Source: a virus. From it: 5,063 bases of DNA. Shown here piece by piece: positions 1 to 4,314 of this stretch. The notes under the pieces were generated by a model. That model did not search any database and was not told the DNA's origin. It saw nothing but the letters and a program-made list of their open reading frames with translations. Within the stretch, counting starts at the first letter, position 1. The number at the start of each line of letters is the position of its first letter. The stretch lies in the IMG/VR virus record IMGVR_UViG_3300020041_000182, positions 1 to 5,063 of that record, one strand, 5' to 3'. The position numbers and the translations under genes are program-made.

Positions 1-121
1 ACCCTACACCGCTTTTTGACTGGTATTACTCTGATTCCGAGTTCCTTTCACGATATGTCCGTGATTCTTGGTTGTCTTTCGGCTCGGATGTTATGCTTCC
101 TGATGACTTTGAAAATGCCGA
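1..121. repeat. Terminal direct repeat, left copy; identical to 4943..5063 (circular assembly overlap)
   Basis: Base-by-base comparison shows 121/121 identity between the two window ends. The repeat lies inside a coding frame that stays open across the junction. Confidence 0.95.
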
Positions 122-515
122 GTTCGTCACCGATATTTCTGTGCGGAATCTGCACCCCGTAGAGGATATTGCATCCCCTTACAGCGAAGTCGTTTTCGCA
201 AACGTCTCTGCGCGTAAGGATTGCGCTCCCTATAGCTTCGATAAATCTCTTGAATATGTTGCTTCTCATTATGGCGCTTACGTTCCCTATATTCTCCGTG
301 ATGAGCGTCTTATCGCTATTTGCCGCGATGCTGCTCGTGAAAAGTTCGGTTTGGATATTGGATTCTCTGTCTATTTCCATGACCAGGCGCTTGATGAATT
401 CGAAGAGCTTCCCGACGATTCTTACTCCCCGTGGTCAGAGGATGCAGAGTTTGAAGAAATAGATATTCTTAAAGGAAAGGAGTCTCGAACATATGCGGAT
501 TTTGGTAGTCGGTAA
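1..515 (+). CDS. Rep, C-terminal part (same gene as 4315..5063, wrapped); ends in an acidic tail
   Basis: Codon phase starting at position 3 is continuous with 4315..4942, and the stop is TAA at 513..515. The translation ...WLSFGSDVMLPDDFENAE... matches the end of the window. The C-terminal roughly 30 residues are D/E-rich (381..470). Confidence 0.8.
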   Translation, partial: PTPLFDWYYSDSEFLSRYVRDSWLSFGSDVMLPDDFENAEFVTDISVRNLHPVEDIASPYSEVVFANVSARKDCAPYSFDKSLEYVASHYGAYVPYILRDERLIAICRDAAREKFGLDIGFSVYFHDQALDEFEELPDDSYSPWSEDAEFEEIDILKGKESRTYADFGSR

Positions 516-735
516 ATCCCGCCGCGCTGGTAAGTCCAAATCTGGCAAAGACTATGATTTTACTACCATTATGGCCGAGTTTGACATGCGTGCGAACGAT
601 GATAACGCGGGCGTTTCGGTTGATAGAATTAACGTTTCTGCCACTATGATGCCTTATGCGCTGGTAGAAGTTGGTGCTACATACGATCTCGATTTCGATC
701 GTAACGGGTACCTCCTTGGTATCGAAAAACTGTAA
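493..735 (+). CDS. Gene-V-like ssDNA-binding protein (80 aa)
   Basis: ATG lies 10 nt after the SD AAGGAG (477..482) and overlaps the Rep 3' end. The size and position directly after Rep match inovirus gV. The segment AGKSKSGKDYDF resembles the DNA-binding wing of M13 gVp (SGVSRQGKPYSL) and Pf3 SSB (GTSAKGNPYTF). The segment VGATYDLDF...GYLLGI resembles PGLYTVHLSSF...GSLMI. Confidence 0.6.
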   Translation: MRILVVGKSRRAGKSKSGKDYDFTTIMAEFDMRANDDNAGVSVDRINVSATMMPYALVEVGATYDLDFDRNGYLLGIEKL

Positions 736-762
736 CAACACCATATCTCTTTCAATCTCTCT

Positions 763-778
763 GGCCGCTTCTGCGGCC
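763..778 (+). promoter_or_regulatory. 6-bp GC stem-loop GGCCGC-TTCT-GCGGCC, 3 nt upstream of the tRNA 5' end
   Basis: The inverted repeat is perfect and read directly. No T-tract follows, so it is not a classical terminator. It could be a processing or stability element. Confidence 0.4.
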
Positions 779-781
779 TAT

Positions 782-856
782 GGCGGGGTGGTGCAATTGG
801 TAGCACGCCACACTCTGAATGTGGAACTGCTGGTTCGAGTCCAGACCCCGCAACCA
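782..856 (+). tRNA. tRNA-Gln (anticodon CUG at 815..817), 75 nt with encoded CCA
   Basis: Hand-folded cloverleaf. The acceptor is GGCGGGG/CCCCGCA (6 WC pairs plus a G1.A72 mismatch) and U8 is present. The D stem is GTGC/GCAC with loop AATTGGTA (A14, G18G19, A21). The anticodon stem is CCACA/TGTGG with loop CTCTGAA (U33, CUG, A37). There is a 4-nt variable loop. The T stem is GCTGG/CCAGA (4 WC pairs plus G.A) with the canonical loop TTCGAGT. The discriminator is A, followed by CCA at 854..856. Confidence 0.75.
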
Positions 857-914
857 CTGTCGTGACTGACCTCCGACAGGAAAAACGCTTTTGCCGTGAT
901 AGGGGGTGTGCGAA

Positions 915-2090
915 TTGAAGATAAAGCAGCGGTGCTTGTTGAATCGGTTCGCCGCCCTTGTTGCGGCTCTGATGCTTTGTGCGTCTCTGTGTGTGCCTTG
1001 TTTCGCGTCTAATAATGCCAGCTCGAAAAAGTGGGTTGTTGCTGCTGAATCTCAGATGTCTAATGAACAGGGCACAATGTCTCGGTATCTTAAGTTGACT
1101 CCCTATGTCGGCGGTAGTATTTATGCTGCTACTTTTGGCACTACTGGTTCTCCTTCTACTTCTGTTCCTAACACTTCGGATTCTTCGACTACTTCTGATT
1201 TTTATTGGGTGAATCCTTATAATTACCCTGATTGGTGGCGTTCTTCTATTCCCCTTGGTAATTATAGTTATGTTCAGTTCGATAAGGTTCGTGTTATTTC
1301 TTATTATGTTGATGGTCTTTCCTCCAGTAATCCTTCCTATGTTTCTTTCGTCCCTCTTAACACTGCTTATTCCCTCGATTTTTCAGCCGATTATAGAGTT
1401 GCTTTAGACAAAAACCAAGATTTTTCGCTTTCTGCTGCTTCTGCTTTTTATCCCATTTCTGCTACTTTTTATTATACTCGCAATGGTTCTTCGTCGTCTG
1501 TTAGCACTGCGGCGGTTAGCGCGTCTATCTTTTCTGTTCCCCTTAGTTCTTCGTCTCCTTCTGTTTTCAATTTGTCTCTCGGTACTCAGGTTGTCCCTAC
1601 TACTGTTCCTTTTGCTTCTTCTTCTGTCCCTCTTCCGTTTTCCGGGATTTATTGGGGGACTATTCCTGCTTTTGCGAACATTTCTTCTGATTCTCTTGTG
1701 TGGGCTGTTCTTCCTCGTAACTATGTGTATGACCCTCATTCTTTTGACCTGCGTGTTTCTGCAGAAATTTCTTTTTGGGTCGATGCTAATAAGCTTCCTG
1801 CTGGTCTTCAAGTTGGCGACGAATTCCCCGCGGATACCGATGCTTTTGACAAATTGCGCGATGAGTTGTTAGACCAGTTCCCGGAAGCTGCTGATAATAT
1901 TGAGAACGGAAAAGCTACTATTCAGGGTTGGAATGACACTGAAACGGTTGACACTGATGTTGCATCGACTTCTATTTCGGCTCTTAACGCCTTGTTTCAG
2001 AATCTCGGCGGGTTCCTCTTTATAGTTTCTCTCATGGTCTTCGGCGCCGTTGTGCTCCGTATGTTGATTCGAAAGGCGGTTGACGGATGA
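915..2090 (+). CDS. pIII-like minor coat / adsorption protein: signal peptide, Ser/Thr-rich linkers, C-terminal membrane anchor
   Basis: The ORF is open from GTG 906. TTG 915 is preferred because it sits 8 nt after the SD AGGGGG (901..906). The N terminus MKIKQRCLLNRFAALVAALMLCASLCVPCFA looks like a signal peptide. There are S/T-rich tracts, and the C-terminal TM is GGFLFIVSLMVFGAVVLRMLIRK. This architecture matches filamentous-phage pIII; I recognised no sequence homology. Confidence 0.6.
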   Translation: MKIKQRCLLNRFAALVAALMLCASLCVPCFASNNASSKKWVVAAESQMSNEQGTMSRYLKLTPYVGGSIYAATFGTTGSPSTSVPNTSDSSTTSDFYWVNPYNYPDWWRSSIPLGNYSYVQFDKVRVISYYVDGLSSSNPSYVSFVPLNTAYSLDFSADYRVALDKNQDFSLSAASAFYPISATFYYTRNGSSSSVSTAAVSASIFSVPLSSSSPSVFNLSLGTQVVPTTVPFASSSVPLPFSGIYWGTIPAFANISSDSLVWAVLPRNYVYDPHSFDLRVSAEISFWVDANKLPAGLQVGDEFPADTDAFDKLRDELLDQFPEAADNIENGKATIQGWNDTETVDTDVASTSISALNALFQNLGGFLFIVSLMVFGAVVLRMLIRKAVDG

Positions 2091-2218
2091 CTTTTCTTGA
2101 CTTCTTCAAACAGGTCTTCGGCCTGCTTGGTTCCGGTGGCGCTCTCGTTATCGCCGTTGTCGTTTTCCTCGTTGCTCTCGGTATCTATAAGTTCGTAAAG
2201 GATTGGTTGCCATGGTAG
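2087..2218 (+). CDS. 43-aa single-TM coat-like protein (candidate major or minor coat)
   Basis: ATG overlaps the upstream stop (ATGA), and the SD AAAGG lies 10 nt upstream. The product is MTFLDFFKQVFGLLGSGGALVIAVVVFLVALGIYKFVKDWLPW. It has an acidic N terminus, a TM helix and a basic C terminus (GIYKFVK), similar to fd IGIKLFKKF and Pf1 GLIYSMLRK. Confidence 0.55.
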   Translation: MTFLDFFKQVFGLLGSGGALVIAVVVFLVALGIYKFVKDWLPW

Positions 2219-2379
2219 ACTTTGTTTCGACGCTTGGCGTTGTTACCTCATTTGTTGCGAACGTGCTGAATCTCTCTTTCTTCGGCTTCGGTACCTTTGG
2301 CAACTTCGTTCTTGTCTGTCTCCTGCTTTCGCTTGTTGGCTTTGTTCTCCGTGGTCTTTGGGATGGGGGTGAAAAATAA
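2212..2379 (+). CDS. 55-aa hydrophobic membrane protein (minor coat-like)
   Basis: ATG overlaps the upstream TAG (ATGGTAG), and the SD AAAGGA lies 9 nt upstream. The product is MVDFVSTLGVVTSFVANVLNLSFFGFGTFGNFVLVCLLLSLVGFVLRGLWDGGEK. The stop overlaps the next start (TAATG). Confidence 0.5.
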   Translation: MVDFVSTLGVVTSFVANVLNLSFFGFGTFGNFVLVCLLLSLVGFVLRGLWDGGEK

Positions 2380-3008
2380 TGGAAGTCCCTACTATTATTA
2401 AAACTTGGGTTGATTCTGACGGCGTCACCGTCTATACCGTGCAGTATAAAGATGGTAGCACTTGCGATATGACTGTCCAGCAGTATGACTATCTCAAGGC
2501 ATCCGCGCAGGCTGTCAAAGACCTCGATGCTCAGGCGGCCGCGGGTGAAGGGCAGACGCAGTCTGCAGATCACACGCAGGACGCCGCCGCAGGAGAACCG
2601 GCTCGGAATATCACCGAAAGTCCTGACCTCCGTGTTGGCTATGTGCCACAGGAAGAAGAATTACCTTTCGAGGGGAGTTTGACCGCTTATGATGACGCCG
2701 CAGCAGATACTCCTGCTTTGTATGCTAATCTCCCTGACGTCTCAAATAGTTTCACTGCTATTATGGATTGGTTCGGAGATACGTTTTTCATCGAACGCAC
2801 TGAGACGGTTCATAAGTCCGGCTATACGTCTGAAAGGTATTCCTATAATAGTTCGTCTCAACTCATTCAGCTCCCCTATGAGGAAGATTCCACTACCACT
2901 TCTCAGGTTCTCAACCCGCAAGCTGTCTTTTCTGCTCTTCTTGTTGTCCTTGTCTTTGTCACTACTGTTACATGGATTAAAAACGCGATTTGGGGGCGCA
3001 TGAGCTGA
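2379..3008 (+). CDS. 209-aa acidic protein with a C-terminal TM anchor and no signal peptide; function unknown
   Basis: The ORF is in the supplied track, and the SD GGGGG lies 9 nt upstream. The N-terminal roughly 50 aa look beta-rich, followed by an Ala/Gln/Asp linker. The C-terminal TM is AVFSALLVVLVFVTTVTWIKNAIWGR. Confidence 0.6.
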   Translation: MEVPTIIKTWVDSDGVTVYTVQYKDGSTCDMTVQQYDYLKASAQAVKDLDAQAAAGEGQTQSADHTQDAAAGEPARNITESPDLRVGYVPQEEELPFEGSLTAYDDAAADTPALYANLPDVSNSFTAIMDWFGDTFFIERTETVHKSGYTSERYSYNSSSQLIQLPYEEDSTTTSQVLNPQAVFSALLVVLVFVTTVTWIKNAIWGRMS

Positions 3009-3121
3009 TGACTATTTTACCTTTGCAGTATTGCTTCGGCATCTTCTCTGTCCCCGAGATTGGCTACTTCATTGTTTTTGCTGCTGTCTTCTCTATGTTG
3101 GTTCTCCTGCTCCGTCCGTGA
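3008..3121 (+). CDS. 37-aa hydrophobic protein (pVII/pIX-like minor coat candidate)
   Basis: ATG overlaps the upstream TGA (TGATG), and the SD GGGGG lies 11 nt upstream. The product is MTILPLQYCFGIFSVPEIGYFIVFAAVFSMLVLLLRP. Confidence 0.45.
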   Translation: MTILPLQYCFGIFSVPEIGYFIVFAAVFSMLVLLLRP

Positions 3122-3220
3122 CAGGTGTCCCATAAAAAATTTATGAAAGGATGATGACTTCAGACTGCTGCCTCCATTATTGCCACGCTGCTTTCTCAGG
3201 TCGGCGAGTTCTTCACATCC

Positions 3221-3349
3221 ATGATTACTTGGATGGGTCAGCTTCTGGACTTCTATGAGTCCCAGCCGATTCTCCTTGTCTTCGTGATCCTCGCTATCGC
3301 GGGCATTGTGCTCCGTGTTCTGCGCCGCTGGATTCCCGGTCGCTCCTAA
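3221..3349 (+). CDS. Coat-like single-TM protein. The minimal ORF from the first ATG is 42 aa, but the same frame is open and protein-like from 3158. Candidate major coat protein
   Basis: The product is MITWMGQLLDFYESQPILLVFVILAIAGIVLRVLRRWIPGRS, with an acidic N terminus, a TM helix and four Arg in the C-terminal tail (Pf3-coat-like layout). A strong terminator hairpin follows directly. There is no SD before ATG 3221. The only SD-like element (AAAGGA, 3146..3151) lies upstream of the extended frame. Confidence 0.5.
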   Translation: MITWMGQLLDFYESQPILLVFVILAIAGIVLRVLRRWIPGRS

Positions 3350-3356
3350 ACACTGA

Positions 3357-3404
3357 GAGAAAACGCCGCCGACCATTTTATGGTCGGCGCCGTTTTCTCG
3401 TTTT
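3357..3404 (+). terminator. Long hairpin plus T-tract: intrinsic terminator after the coat-like gene
   Basis: GAGAAAACGCCGCCGACCA (3357..3375) pairs with TGGTCGGCGCCGTTTTCTC (3381..3399): 19 bp with one C.C mismatch and a 5-nt loop. GTTTT follows. Confidence 0.6.
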
Positions 3405-4046
3405 ATGAAAGGATTATATGCTATGCTTTATGGTCTTCTTGTCTTTCTCATTTGCTGGCTTTTTGTATATATCGATAACTATTGCAAAAACCCCTACAAA
3501 TTGGAAGCTGTTGTTGGTTCAAAAGGCTCTGGCAAATCTCTGTATATGTCTCGCGTGGCTGATCGCTGGCTTCGTTCTAATAAGGGGCTTATCTATTCTA
3601 ATATGGGTATCGGTTATGAGTTAGAGGACGAATACTGGAAACAGACCTTTCTTCCTGATTCTCTCATCCTCATTGATGAGATCGGCGTGCTCCACTCTAA
3701 CCGTGACTTCAAATCTATGCCCCGTGAAGCTGTCGAGTTCTTCAAGATGCAGCGTAAATATCACCTGACGATTATTGTATCGTCTCAGACCATGGACTTT
3801 GACAAAAAGATTCGTGACCTCTGCGACCGCATCTACCTTTGTAACCGTATTGGCTGGTTTTGCCGTCTCACTCCCTATCGCTCCTGCATTGCTATGGAAC
3901 ATCGCCCCGAGGGCGGCCAAGAGCTGGTCAACACGGTGCGCAAAGCGGGTCGGGCAAGGTGGTATACCATCCCCAAGTCCGTGAAGCAGGTAAGTGCTTT
4001 AGAATACGATACAGAGCAGGTTATCAGCAAGACCCCTTCGAAGTAA
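3405..4046 (+). CDS. Zot/pI-like P-loop assembly (morphogenesis) ATPase, 213 aa, with an N-terminal TM segment
   Basis: Walker A is GSKGSGKS (3516..3539) and Walker B is LILIDE (3663..3680). The spacing and size fit the Zot family (PF05707-type) as recalled. The N-terminal LYAMLYGLLVFLICWLFVYI is hydrophobic. The start may be the in-frame ATG at 3423, which lies 9 nt after the SD AAAGGA (3408..3413), rather than 3405. Confidence 0.75.
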   Translation: MKGLYAMLYGLLVFLICWLFVYIDNYCKNPYKLEAVVGSKGSGKSLYMSRVADRWLRSNKGLIYSNMGIGYELEDEYWKQTFLPDSLILIDEIGVLHSNRDFKSMPREAVEFFKMQRKYHLTIIVSSQTMDFDKKIRDLCDRIYLCNRIGWFCRLTPYRSCIAMEHRPEGGQELVNTVRKAGRARWYTIPKSVKQVSALEYDTEQVISKTPSK

Positions 4047-4082
4047 AAAAAAACCCTCGTAGATCTACGAGGGTTTTTTTTT
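4045..4082. terminator. Perfect 38-nt palindrome A9-CCCTCGTAGATCTACGAGGG-T9; bidirectional intrinsic terminator
   Basis: Read directly. An 8-bp GC-rich stem (4054..4061 with 4066..4073) has a GATC loop and is flanked by nine A and nine T. It begins at the last bases of the Zot-like stop codon. Confidence 0.7.
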
Positions 4083-4141
4083 GCCGGAGCAGCTGCCACG
4101 TTTAGTCACGCGATAGCGTCTCCACCGCGTCCCCCGTCCCC

Positions 4142-4238
4142 GCAAGAGCAAAGCTCTTGCCCTTCTAAAACAGACTGGCAGAGGCTCCCGTTGCGCTGGC
4201 GATCGCCAGCCTGTCGGGGTGCCTGTAATACCCCGACA
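4142..4238 (+). promoter_or_regulatory. Cluster of three inverted repeats in the main non-coding region; candidate replication origin or packaging region
   Basis: The first is GCAAGAGC-AAA-GCTCTTGC (4142..4160). The second is the 16-nt palindrome GCTGGCGATCGCCAGC (4195..4210). The third is TGTCGGGGT-GCCTGTAAT-ACCCCGACA (4212..4238, 9-bp stem, 9-nt loop). The cluster lies just upstream of the rep promoter. Confidence 0.4.
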
Positions 4239-4254
4239 CAATAGAAAAAAAGCC

Positions 4255-4283
4255 TTGACAATAGCCCCGCTCCGTGGTAGCAT
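4255..4283 (+). promoter_or_regulatory. Sigma70-type promoter for rep: -35 TTGACA, 17-nt spacer, extended -10 TGgTAGCAT
   Basis: The consensus -35 is at 4255..4260 and TG at 4275..4276. The -10 TAGCAT is at 4278..4283, with an A-rich tract (4242..4250) upstream. The rep SD and ATG lie about 20-30 nt downstream. Confidence 0.55.
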
Positions 4284-4314
4284 AGCATTAGAGATTGAAA
4301 GGGGAGTATGTGCT

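Noticed and set aside
72-515. A separate gene-X-like protein from an internal in-frame start within Rep (the track ORF 72..515 starting at TTG)
   Set aside because: No SD precedes 72 or the nearby ATG at 90. The track start is simply the first permitted start codon after the window edge. Sequence alone cannot support it.
782-856. The tRNA as a stop-codon suppressor, as in recoded gut phages
   Set aside because: The anticodon loop reads C-U-C-U-G-A-A, giving CUG (Gln, codon CAG). It is not CUA, UUA or UCA.
857-879. Hairpin CTGTCG-(11 nt)-CGACAG after the tRNA as a terminator
   Set aside because: It has only 6 bp with a large loop and no downstream T-tract. It is mentioned only because its half-sites resemble the 4212..4238 hairpin.
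3152-3157. Genome-wide TGA recoding (code 4 or 25), suggested by the in-frame TGA TGA ahead of the coat-like ORF
   Set aside because: Three other ORFs end at a TGA that overlaps the next ATG (2088..2090, 3006..3008 and 3119..3121, where an intergenic gap follows). Reading through them gives implausible extensions. No long ORF needs an internal TGA, and the encoded tRNA has anticodon CUG, so it is not a suppressor. The idea is kept only as a minor alternative in the relevant finding.
169-4105. Alternative-frame + strand ORFs (169..462, 671..865, 1483..1872, 2485..2682, 2689..3003, 3418..3624, 3775..3984, 3860..4105)
   Set aside because: They are nested out of frame inside longer ORFs that carry recognisable motifs or signal and TM architecture. 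Their Leu/Ser/Arg-rich products reflect the T-rich composition. ORF 671..865 runs through the tRNA.
48-4288. All minus-strand ORFs in the track (48..380, 469..744, 654..857, 1404..1811, 2148..2573, 2243..2428, 3017..3376, 3621..3920, 3875..4099, 4065..4283, 4106..4288)
   Set aside because: Each lies antisense to a better-supported + strand gene or to the tRNA or non-coding region. They lack SD motifs and translate to Arg/Ser/Lys-rich low-complexity strings. ORF 654..857 is the typical antisense artefact across a tRNA. Known ssDNA filamentous phages have all genes on the same strand.
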